This document shows, piece by piece, positions 21,755 through 31,121 of a stretch of DNA of 64,000 nt (positions within the stretch are counted from its first letter, which is position 1; each line of letters begins with the position of its first letter). Where the stretch lies: assembly GCA_963837235.1 (NCBI GenBank), contig CAWIMM010000002.1:1354254-1418253 (forward strand), given 5' to 3'. Position numbers and translations under genes: made by a program. The DNA comes from an uncultured Pseudomonadota bacterium. Lineage in GTDB: Bacteria > Pseudomonadota > Alphaproteobacteria > Caulobacterales > Caulobacteraceae. Below the pieces are notes generated by a model. That model saw only the letters and a program-made list of their open reading frames with translations, ran no database searches and was not told the DNA's origin.

Positions 21755-23224
21755 ATGCTGGCGAGTATGGAGGAAGGCGCCCGCCCAACGCGCAACGCCG
21801 CCGACCAGCTGGCGCTCGAGCAGGAGCGCGCCAGCCTCGCCCTGGACGCCGCCCAGATGGGCGAGTTCGAGTGGGAGATGGAGGAGGACCGGCTGATCAT
21901 CTCGCCGCGGATGGCGGCGATCACCGGGCTGCCGGCCGGCTCGATGCCGGCCGAGGGCGGCGCCGCCGTCTACCGCTACGTGCACCCGGACGACGCCGAG
22001 GCGCTGCGCGAGAAGGTCACCGAGGGCCTCCTGTTCCAGGGCCGCTTCGAGGTCGAGTACCGGATGGTGCGGCCGGACGACGGGCGGGTGCTCTACATGT
22101 ACAGCGCCGGCGTCGCGCCGCAGACCGCCCGGGGCGCCGGGCGCCGCGTGATCGGCGTCGTGCGCGACATCAGCGAGCGCCACGCCGCGGACGACGCGCG
22201 CAACGCGCTGGTCGCCGAGCTGGACCACCGGGTGAAGAACGTGCTGGCCTCGGTGCAGTCGCTGGCGGCGCAGTCGGCGCGCAAGACCACCTCGCTCGAC
22301 GCCTTCCTGAAGACCTTCGCCGGGCGGCTGGAGGCGATGGCCTCGGCCCACACGCTGCTGACCGCCACCCGCTGGCGCGGCGCCGAGATCGGCAACATCG
22401 CCGCCGCCGAGCTTGGCGGCCTGGCCCCCGGTCAGGCGCGCTGGTCGGGGCCGGAGATCCTGCTCAATCCCAGGGCCACCAACGCGCTGACCCTGGCTTT
22501 GCATGAGCTCGCCACCAACGCGGTGAAGTTCGGGGCGCTCTCCGCCGAGACCGGCCGCGTCGAGGTGATGTGGACGCGGCGCGCCGGCGGCGGCTTCGAG
22601 CTGACCTGGACCGAGCGCGGCGGGCCTTCGGTCGCCGCGCCGACGCGGCGCGGCTTCGGCTGGACGCTGCTGGAGCGGGTCACCGGCCGCGAGCTCGGCG
22701 GCGAGGCGCGCATGGAGTTCGCCCCGGCCGGCGTGCGCGTGACGATCACCGCCGACGCCACCGCGCTCGCCCGCATCGAGGCGCCGCCCAAGCCCGAGGC
22801 GGCGGCCAAGGCGGCCGAGCCGGAGACCCGGGACGGCGCCTCCTCGGGCCTGGTCACGGCCGACGCGGTGCGGGGGCGGCGCATCCTGATCGTCGAGGAC
22901 GCGGTGCTGCTGGCGCTGGAGCTGGAGGCCGGCCTGACCGAGGCCGGCGCCAAGGTGGTCGGCGTCGCCGCCGACGTCGACGAGGCGCTGCGGCTGGCCG
23001 CCACCCCGTTCGACGTCGCGGTGCTCGACGCCAACCTCAACGGCGTGGCGGTGACGCCGGTGGCCGAGGCGCTGCGCAAGATGGGCCGCCCGTTCATCTT
23101 CGCCACCGGCTACGGCGACGCCGCGCCGGCGCCCGAAGGCTTCAACGCCCCCGTGGTCCGCAAGCCCTACAACGTCGCCCAGATCGCCGCCGCCGTCGCC
23201 GAGGCGCTGGAACGCGTGGCGTAA
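21755..23224 (+). CDS. PAS-HWE histidine kinase with C-terminal receiver domain
   Basis: ELDHRVKN H-box, LHELATNAVKFGALS, WTERGGP, GFG, ILIVED receiver. Confidence 0.92.
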   Translation: MLASMEEGARPTRNAADQLALEQERASLALDAAQMGEFEWEMEEDRLIISPRMAAITGLPAGSMPAEGGAAVYRYVHPDDAEALREKVTEGLLFQGRFEVEYRMVRPDDGRVLYMYSAGVAPQTARGAGRRVIGVVRDISERHAADDARNALVAELDHRVKNVLASVQSLAAQSARKTTSLDAFLKTFAGRLEAMASAHTLLTATRWRGAEIGNIAAAELGGLAPGQARWSGPEILLNPRATNALTLALHELATNAVKFGALSAETGRVEVMWTRRAGGGFELTWTERGGPSVAAPTRRGFGWTLLERVTGRELGGEARMEFAPAGVRVTITADATALARIEAPPKPEAAAKAAEPETRDGASSGLVTADAVRGRRILIVEDAVLLALELEAGLTEAGAKVVGVAADVDEALRLAATPFDVAVLDANLNGVAVTPVAEALRKMGRPFIFATGYGDAAPAPEGFNAPVVRKPYNVAQIAAAVAEALERVA

Positions 23225-23237
23225 GGAGAAACGCGCG

Positions 23238-23291
23238 TTCTCTTCCCCCTCCGGGGGAAGCGCCGTCCCGACGGGGGCGGCGCAGGGGGCC
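23238..23291. repeat. Half palindromic element, family H
   Basis: TTCTCTTCCCCCT..GGGGGA.GCG.CGTCCC; inverted related copy at 29061-29117. Confidence 0.6.
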
Positions 23292-23574
23292 TCGGGCGCC
23301 CAATCGGCGCTCAGCTCACCGCAAAATCACCGCAAACAACGGTCCCCCGGCCCAGCCGGCGGCGCAGATTTGTCGTGCAATCTCAGACTAGCGCCGTTGA
23401 CCGTAAATCGCCGTTGATAACGGCCCCCCGCTCATGGCGCCGGGCGCCGGCTGGCGTTCAGGTGGCTTGACGATTTCAAAGACCGATGGCCGGGCAAGAA
23501 AGCACGGCGCCCCGGTAGTTACTCATCGTAATGACCGCGCGCAAGGGGGGGCCAAAAAAAGTCCTTCACCCACA

Positions 23575-23700
23575 CCCGTCATGGCCGGGCGCAAGTCCCG
23601 GCCACCCATGAACACGGAGCCAGCCATGGCCGCGCTCTGGCGCGGCCACTCGCAAGATCGTGTGCTTGGGTCGCCGGGACTGACGCCCGGCGATGACGGG
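23575..23700. repeat. Palindromic element, family B
   Basis: CCCGTCATGGCCGGGCG.AAGTCCCGGCCACCCA...TGGGTCGCCGGGACTGACGCCCGGCGATGACGGG. Confidence 0.85.
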
Positions 23701-23732
23701 CTTAGGGGGGCTGAGGCGAGCGACGCCGTGCC

Positions 23733-23875
23733 GTCGTTCGCCTGGCGGAGCGTGATTCCGAGGCGCCGGTCCGCGTCAAGGACCGCCCCGGAGGGGGCGG
23801 CCGCGAAGCGGCGGCGCTCCGCGCCGTCCTTGACCCGGCCCGGACCTCGGAAAGAATGCCGTCCAAGCGATCGAC
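23733..23875. other. Multibranched stem-loop (candidate ncRNA or mobile-element end)
   Basis: Nested arms TTCCGAGG/CCTCGGAA and GTCAAGGAC/GTCCTTGAC closing three small hairpins. Confidence 0.55.
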
Positions 23876-24033
23876 AGCGAAGTCTGACCGTCGCCGGCTT
23901 GTGGCCAGCTCGCCACTGCCGAAGCGACCGTAACCCGCCAAGCATCACGCCCCAACGTTGGCCGCCACTGTCCTATTGGGATCTCTGAGCGGGGCTCGCT
24001 GAGAGCGCCGCCACGATCGCTTCGCGCCAATTG

Positions 24034-24507
24034 TCAGCCGCGAGTTCGAGGCGCAGCGAACGTCCGAGCAGCAACTTGTCCGCAAATTATCTTCTCGGCG
24101 TGGCCGAAGAACCCAGATGGACCAAGATCATCCACCCGCCTCCAGGGTCTTTCGTAGGGGAGATCGTCCACAACGCGAAATCCTTCGTCGTACGCCGTTA
24201 TCGTCTCCAAAGTGAACGTGGCGCCGAGACAGTCAAAGCCATACTCCCACGCAGTATACTTGACTCGATGCCCTCTGATCTCCTTCGGCGTCGCGAGAGC
24301 CGCGTACATTGCGACGTGTCGCACCCCCGAAGAATCGGCTCTTACGGAATCGAAGTCGATCACGTGCGCGATGCCTGCGTTTGGGAGGAGGCGAAAGTCG
24401 GCTGCTGAGGCGGCGGCGCACGCGACGCCAGCGATCACGAAGGCCGCGAAGACTGCGTGGATACCGACCGCTGCTCTTTCGCGCCTATTGTAGTCGCCTA
24501 ATGACAC
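24034..24507 (-). CDS. Secreted hypothetical protein, surface-adhesin E-like
   Basis: Signal-like hydrophobic N-region, IDFDSVR, FDC, W, C-terminal IIC; less GC-biased codons than flanks. Confidence 0.55.
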   Translation of the reverse strand: MSLGDYNRRERAAVGIHAVFAAFVIAGVACAAASAADFRLLPNAGIAHVIDFDSVRADSSGVRHVAMYAALATPKEIRGHRVKYTAWEYGFDCLGATFTLETITAYDEGFRVVDDLPYERPWRRVDDLGPSGFFGHAEKIICGQVAARTFAAPRTRG

Positions 24508-24603
24508 GGTGCTCCCTTGTGCAGATCTGGAGAGCTTAGAGCGCTGCCGTCAAGGCCCCGCTCTCTCGCCCAGTTGACGAACGCAGCGCGCGCGCCATTC
24601 CGG

Positions 24604-24635
24604 AAACAAAATGGCCGGGGACACGCCCCGGCCAT
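24604..24635 (-). terminator. Intrinsic terminator after pnp
   Basis: ATGGCCGGGG-N5-CCCCGGCCAT followed on the minus strand by TTTGTTT. Confidence 0.8.
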
Positions 24636-24664
24636 CTCGCAATCCGTCGAAACAGCAGAAGCCC

Positions 24665-26816
24665 TTAAGCCTCCACCGTCTCCTTGGCCGGCTCGTGCGC
24701 CGAGAGGTCTTCGCCGGTTTCCTGGTCGACGACCTTCATCGACAGGCGGACCTTGCCGCGGTCGTCGAAGCCCAGCAGCTTGACCTTCACCATCTGGCCT
24801 TCCTGCAGCACGTCGGAGACCTTGTTGACGCGCTGGTTGGCGATCTGGCTGACGTGCACCAGGCCGTCCTTGGCGCCGAAGAAGTTCACGAAGGCGCCGA
24901 AGTCGACGATCTTCACCACCTTGCCGTCGTAGATCTGGCCGACCTCGGGCTCCGAGGCGATCGACTTGATCCAGTCGACCGCGGCCTTGATCTTCGAGGC
25001 CTCGGAGGCCGAGACCTTCACCTGGCCGTCGTCGTTGATGTCGACCTTGGCGCCGGTCTTCTCGACGATCTCGCGGATCACCTTGCCGCCCGAGCCGATC
25101 ACTTCGCGGATCTTGTCGGTGGGGATGGTGATGGTCTCGATCTTCGGGGCGTACTCGCCGATCTCCTCGCGGGCGCCGGTGATGGCCTTGGCCATCTCGC
25201 CGAGGATGTGCAGGCGCCCGTCCTTCGCCTGGGCGAGGGCCTTCTTCATGATCTCCTCGGTGATGCCGGCGATCTTGATGTCCATCTGCAGCGAGGTGAT
25301 GCCGTCGGCGGTGCCGGCGACCTTGAAGTCCATGTCGCCCAGGTGGTCCTCGTCGCCGAGGATGTCGGAGAGCACCGCAAAGCCGTCCGGCTCCAGGATC
25401 AGGCCCATCGCGATGCCGCTGACCGGCTTCTTGATCGGCACGCCCGGCGTCCATCAGCGCCAGCGACGCGCCGCAGACCGTCGCCATCGACGAGGAGCCG
25501 TTCGACTCCAGGATCTCCGAGACGATCCGCAGCGTGTAGGGGAACTCCTCGGCGCTCGGCAGCAGCGGGCGGATCGCCCGCCAGGCCAGCTTGCCGTGGC
25601 CGACGTCGCGGCGGCTCGGCGCGCCCATGCGGCCCGTCTCCCCGACCGAGAACGGCGGGAAGTTGTAGTGCAGCATGAACGGCTCGTAGTACTTGCCGTC
25701 GAGCGCATCGATCAGTTGCTCGTCGTCGCCGGTGCCGAGCGTGGCGACCACCAGGGCCTGGGTCTCGCCGCGCGTGAAGAGCGCCGAGCCGTGGGCCCGC
25801 GAGAGCACGCCGACTTCCGAGACGATCGGGCGGACCTTGTCGACCGCGCGCCCGTCGATGCGCATGCCGGTGTCGAGGATGTTGCGGCGCACGACGTCGG
25901 CTTCCAGCTCCTTGAAGACGTCGCCGAACTTGTTCGGGTCGATGCCGCTGGGGTTGGCTTCCGACTTGCCGAGCGCGGCCAGCGCCTTCTCGCGCGCCGC
26001 CTCGACGGCGTGGTGACGCTCGCCCTTGGCGACGATCTTGAAGGCCGCGGCCAGGTCGGCGCCGATCAGCTTCTTGGCCTCGGCTTTCACCGCGTCGGTG
26101 TCGTCGACGGCGAAGTCGAACGGCTCCTTGGCCGAATGCTCGGCCAGCTCGATGATCGCCTCGATCACCTGCTTGTTGGCCTCGTAGGCGAACATCACGC
26201 CGCCGAGCACCTCTTCCTCGCTCAGCTCCTTGATCTCGGATTCGACCATCATCACCGCGTCGTCGGTCGAGGCGACGACGAGGTCCATGCGGTTGGCGGC
26301 GTCCTTCACCTGGTCGGTGGTGGGGTTCAGCACGTACTGGCCGTCGATGAAGCCGACGCGCGCGCCGGCGATCGGCCCCATGAACGGCGCGCCGGAGACC
26401 ACCAGCGCGGCCGACGCGGCGATCATCGCGACGATGTCCGGATCGTTCTCGAGGTCGTGGGCGAGCACCGTCGCCACCACCTGCACCTCGTTCTTGAAGC
26501 CCTTGACGAACAGCGGGCGGATCGGACGGTCGATCAGGCGGCTGGTCAGCGTTTCCTTCTGCGAGGGCGCGCCCTCGCGGCGGGGGAAGGAGCCGGGGAT
26601 CTTGCCGGCGGCGTAGAACTTCTCCTGGTAGTTCACGGTCAGCGGGAAGAAGTCCTGACCGGCCTTGGCGCTCTTGGCGTAGACGGCGGTGGCCAGCACC
26701 ATGGTCTCGCCGTAGGTGGCCAGCACCGCGCCGTCGGCTTGACGGGCCATGCGGCCGGTTTCGAGCGTCAGGCGGCGGCCGCCCCACTCGATGCTCTTAC
26801 GTTTGATATCGAACAT
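24665..26816 (-). CDS. pnp: Polyribonucleotide nucleotidyltransferase (one frameshift near 25445)
   Basis: [40 protein letters not shown] and S1 domains. Confidence 0.97.
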
Positions 26817-27074
26817 TGATTGTCTTTCTTTCGTGTCCCGAAGGCCCATTCCCTCAGGGTGCGGACAGGGGCGGAACGGCTATCTCGCTTGCGGATCCGG
26901 GAGTCCTCTCCATCGCGACAGGCGGATGAGGACCATAGCTGCAGCCCTCGGCGTACGTTGCGGGCGACACTTCGCCCGGCTTTCACGTCCCGGTCCGCGG
27001 CCTGTCAGGGCAGGGCGGGACGATTCTCGAATATTGGCGCCTTCGCTTAGAAAACGCGAACGTCCGTCGTGCGC

Positions 27075-27374
27075 CTATCCGGCGCGCGTCTCTCTGCGGC
27101 CAACCGTATCGCGGATGCCCAATGCCTTGATGAGCGCCTGATAACGGTCCTCATCGGACTTCTTCAGGTGCCCAAGCAGCGAGCGGCGCTGGGAGACGAG
27201 CTTCAGGAGCCCGCGGCGCGAGTGGTTGTCCTTCTTGTGCGTCTTGAAGTGTTCGGTGAGGTTCGCGATCCGCTCGGAGAGGATCGCCACCTGGACTTCG
27301 GCGGACCCGGTGTCCGCTTCGCCGCGGGCATGGGTGTGGATGAGCTCAGCCTTGCGTTCGGCCGTGATCGACAT
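27075..27374 (-). CDS. rpsO: 30S ribosomal protein S15
   Basis: [31 protein letters not shown]; extended C-terminus. Confidence 0.97.
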   Translation of the reverse strand: MSITAERKAELIHTHARGEADTGSAEVQVAILSERIANLTEHFKTHKKDNHSRRGLLKLVSQRRSLLGHLKKSDEDRYQALIKALGIRDTVGRRETRAG

Positions 27375-27388
27375 CGGATGTTCTCCGC

Positions 27389-28320
27389 TCAGCGATGGAA
27401 GACGCGCACCGGGTTGAGCCGTCCCGCACGCATCTCGCAGAGCGCCACGATCGTCCCTCCCTCGAATGCGGCGACGGTGCGCGAGCCTTCACTGAGGCTC
27501 GCCTTCAACGCCTCCGCCTGCCGGGGAAGAAGGACGACCGATCGTCCCTGCGTCAGCCTGAAGGCGTCTTCTTGGGTCAAGGCCAGGGCCGGGATGTCGT
27601 CCAGCGCGGTCTCGACCGGAAGCAAGACCTCCGGGCGGGCGCCGCTATTGCACAATTCCTCCAGCTTTTCCAGGCCTATCGCCCGGTCCTCGCTCAGCGG
27701 CCCGACCCGGGTGCGACGAAGCGCGCTGACGTGGGCGCAGGCGCCCAGCGCCGCCGCCAGGTCGCGCACCAGCGCCCTGACGTAGGCGCCCTTGCCGCAG
27801 TCCAGCTCCAGCTCGACGTGGTCGGCGTCCGGCTGGCCGACCACCTCGATGCGGTGGACGGTGACCGGGCGCGGCTCCAGCGTCAGCTCGACGCCTTCGC
27901 GCGCCAGGTCATAGGCGCGCTCGCCCTCCACCTTCACCGCCGAGAAGGCCGGCGGGACCTGCTGGATCTCGCCGACGAACGCCGGCAGCGCCGCCTCGAC
28001 CTCGGCGCGCGTGGGCCGCACGTCGGACGTCGCGGTGACCGCGCCTTCGCGGTCGAAGCTGGCGGTGGTGCTTCCCCCAAGCGATGGTGAAGCGGTAGGT
28101 CTTGCCGGCGTCCATCAGGAACGGGACGGTCTTGGTCGCCTCGCCCAGCGCGATCGGCAGGATGCCGGTCGCCAGCGGATCGAGCGTGCCGGCGTGGCCG
28201 GCCTTCTGCGCGTTGAACGCGCGCCGCACCCGCCCGACCGCCTGCGTCGAGGTGATATCCAGCGGCTTGTCGAGGGCAGACCCAGCCCGAAACGGCCTCG
28301 CCCTTGCGGCGGCGGGCCAT
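27389..28320 (-). CDS. truB: tRNA pseudouridine(55) synthase (frameshifted)
   Basis: [36 protein letters not shown]. Confidence 0.95.
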
Positions 28321-28338
28321 CTAGCTCTCGCCCCACTT

Positions 28339-28611
28339 CCCGCTCATCCCGGCCAGGGCCGGGACCCAGGAAAGAGCCGGTTGCAGAGTGCGAACCTGGC
28401 CGGCGTGGCGTGCGCCGCAGGCGCTTAGTCCTAACGCCGAGATCGCAGAGAAGGCGCAGAGGACGCGGAGGGGCTCGCTATCTCTGCGAACTCCGCGCCT
28501 CCTCCGCGGACTCTGCGTTGAGACTAAAGGCCTGCGGCGCACTCGAACTGGCAGTCGTAGCGCGTGCGGCCGGCTCTTTCCTGGGTCCCGACCTTGGCCG
28601 GGATGAGCGGG
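28339..28611. repeat. Composite element: A-related outer inverted repeats enclosing a family D element (28410-28542)
   Basis: 42-bp near-perfect terminal IR CCCGCTCATCCCGGCCA.GG.CGGGACCCAGGAAAGAGCCGG. Confidence 0.85.
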
Positions 28612-28627
28612 TTGGGGGGCCATGGCT

Positions 28628-29044
28628 CTAGCTCTCCCCTTCCACGTCCCGCCGGACGCGGGGGTCGGACAAGAGGCGGTTCATCTTCTCGGCGACGTCG
28701 AAGCTCTCGTCGTGGACGAACTTCAGGTCCGGGGTGAAGCGCAGGTCGATCCTGTGGCCGAGACGGCCGCGCAGGAAGCGCGCGACGCGGTTCAGCCCCG
28801 CCGTCACCTCGGCCGCGTGCGCGCCGCCCAGCGGCTCGGCGAAGCAGACCGCATGCCGCAGGTCTGGGCTCATGCGCACCTCGGTGATCGTCACCGAGAC
28901 GCCGGTGAGCGCCGGGTCCTGCAGGTCCTCCTCGCGCAGGATCTCCACCAGCGCGTGGCGGACCAGCTCGCCGGCGCGCAGCTGCCTCTGGCTGGGGCCG
29001 CGGGCGGCGGTGTGGCGCTGGGGATGGTGCGTAGGGCGGGGCAT
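28628..29044 (-). CDS. rbfA: Ribosome-binding factor A
   Basis: SQRQLRAGE, TEVRMSPDL, LRFTPDLKFVHDESF. Confidence 0.95.
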   Translation of the reverse strand: MPRPTHHPQRHTAARGPSQRQLRAGELVRHALVEILREEDLQDPALTGVSVTITEVRMSPDLRHAVCFAEPLGGAHAAEVTAGLNRVARFLRGRLGHRIDLRFTPDLKFVHDESFDVAEKMNRLLSDPRVRRDVEGES

Positions 29045-29060
29045 CGTGGCTTCGGTTCGT

Positions 29061-29117
29061 GGACCCCCCTCGTCGTCCCGGTCCCGGGACGACGCCTCCC
29101 CCAAAGGGGGAAGAGAA
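29061..29117. repeat. Half palindromic element, family H
   Basis: Reverse complement resembles 23238-23291. Confidence 0.6.
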
Positions 29118-29251
29118 GGCCGGCTCGGACGGCTCGCGCGGGGAGGCGGGCTCATAGGCGCAGCGCCGCGCCAAGTCCAGCGTCGCGGATGCAGTCGCCT
29201 CGCTGCGCCGCTTTCGACAGAGCCCGCCGGCCTCTGCTAAGGGGAGGCGTC

Positions 29252-30200
29252 ATGACGGACCGCTTCACCCAAGAGCATATCGACGCCTGGCGCCGCGACG
29301 GCGCGGTGCTGATCCCGAACTTCTTCACCGCCGCCGAGGTGGCCGCGGTGCAGGCCGACTACGCCCGCGTCTTCGACCGCGCCGGCGCCCCCGAGACGAC
29401 GGACAGGGCGGCGCTGGTGAAGAAGAAGGACGGCGAGATCGGCAAGTTCAATCCGGCCCAGTTCGCCAGCATCCAGGTGCTGCCGCTGGACTGCTCGCCG
29501 GCGCTGAACCTGATCGGCGTGCACCCGGCGCTGATCGACTTCTCGAAGCGCGCGATGGCCTGCGACGAGGTGCAGGTCTACCAGTGCCAGGCCTGGGCGA
29601 AATTCACCGGCGACGCCGACTACGACCAGCCGTTCCACTGCGACTATCTCAACCACACGCTGACCGCGCCGTCCGACGTGCCCCGGCACAACTCGGTGAC
29701 CTTCATCTGCCTCTTCAGCGACGTCACCGAGGCGCACGGTCCGACCCACTACGTGACGCGGCCGGACGCGGCGAAGATCGCCGGTCCGGAGGCGACGCTG
29801 ACCGGCGCGCCGGGCCTGCAGGCGGCGCTTGTCGGAGCATGCGCGCTCGGCCGCCGGCCCGGCCGGCAGCCTCTTCGTCTACGGCATCGACATCTGGCAC
29901 CGCGGCACCAACCTCACCGCGCCCGGCGGCCACCGCTACGTGATGACGACCTGCTTCAAGGACGCGCAGAACACCTCGATCGCCTTCACGGCCTGGCAGT
30001 TCCACCACATGAAGCCCTGGCGCAACATCATCGAGCACGGCACGCCCGAGCAGCTGGCCTGCTTCGGCGTGCAGAAGCCGGGCGACCCCTACTGGACCGA
30101 GCTGACCCTGGCGCGCGCCCAGGCCCGCTATCCGGGCTGGGACCTGACGCCCTGGCGCGAGGCGATGGCCGCCCGCGAAGCGTCAGAGGCCGCCGCGTAG
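29252..30200 (+). CDS. Phytanoyl-CoA dioxygenase (PhyH) family Fe(II)/2OG enzyme (frameshifted)
   Basis: WRRDGAVLIPNFF, QPFHCD (HxD), GPT, WHRG...R. Confidence 0.82.
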
Positions 30201-30857
30201 CTTCAGGTCCAGCACGAGGCCGGCCGGAACGATGTCCAGCACCGGCGTCGTCGGCACGCCAGCGGCGGCGAGCAGCTCGGACGTCCACTGATTGCAGTCG
30301 TGGAACGCGTTGAAACCCTCGCGGCTGGCGAAGAAGGCCTCGCCGGGCTGGCGGGGAACCGGCTGCGCGATCGGCGCGCCCGACGGCCCGCGCGCAAGGC
30401 TGCGCTCGACGCGCGCCATCACGGCGGTCAGCCCGGCGCTGGAAAGGAAGATGCGGTGGACGCCGGTGCGCCAGACCTGGTCCGGCCGCGCCGGCACGCC
30501 CTCCAGATGCACGGTGGTCGGCCGCCCGCCGAGCGCGGCGCGCGCCGCATCGCCGAGCCGCCCCTGCCAGGGCGTGGTCGCCTCGTAGAACTTCGCATCG
30601 CCCCAGCCCACCATGATCCAGTCGTCGGCGCTGGTCGCTGCGGCGGCGGCAGCGAGCGGGCCCCCACGCGCCAAGATCGGGTACCGGGGCAGGACGAGGT
30701 CGGTGTGGAAGCCATTGTCGATCAGATAGACAACCTGCACGACGCCGCCCTTCGGCGGATAGAGGCTCGGATCACCGGATCGCGCGGTGGCGAGCGTGAG
30801 GACGAGCAGAAGAAGGATGGCGATCGCCGCGATCCCGCCCGGGCGACGCCCGCGCAT
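30183..30857 (-). CDS. DUF2459 domain protein
   Basis: NGFHTDLVLP, GWGDAKFY, CNQWT. Confidence 0.8.
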   Translation of the reverse strand: MRGRRPGGIAAIAILLLLVLTLATARSGDPSLYPPKGGVVQVVYLIDNGFHTDLVLPRYPILARGGPLAAAAAATSADDWIMVGWGDAKFYEATTPWQGRLGDAARAALGGRPTTVHLEGVPARPDQVWRTGVHRIFLSSAGLTAVMARVERSLARGPSGAPIAQPVPRQPGEAFFASREGFNAFHDCNQWTSELLAAAGVPTTPVLDIVPAGLVLDLKLRGGL

Positions 30858-30907
30858 CGGTGGTTCCTAGCTCAGCTCATGCCCGCGGCAGCGCGGGCCG
30901 CATTGTT

Positions 30908-31094
30908 GAACCACGAAAAACACGAAAAGCACGAACAGCACGAACAGCTACAGTGTCATCCCGGAAGCGAGCGTAGCGAGCTGTCCGGGATCTGCTTCCA
31001 TCGCGGGCGCAAAGCAGATCCCGGACGACTCCGCTTCGCGGGTCTCCGGGATGACAAGGTGGGTAGGATCGGACGTTCGTGTTTTTCGTGGTTC
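30908..31094. repeat. Composite element: family G (9-bp CACGAA tandem arms) enclosing family C (30954-31056)
   Basis: GAACCACGAAAAACACGAA.../GTTCGTGTTTTTCGTGGTTC arms around TGTCATCCCGG...CCGGGATGACA. Confidence 0.85.
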
Positions 31095-31121
31095 GCTCGG
31101 TCCGCTCCAGAAGACGGCCGC

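Noticed and set aside
23434-24030. ORFs of 79-184 aa in the gene-free region
   Set aside because: Read through repeat and hairpin sequence with no recognisable motifs
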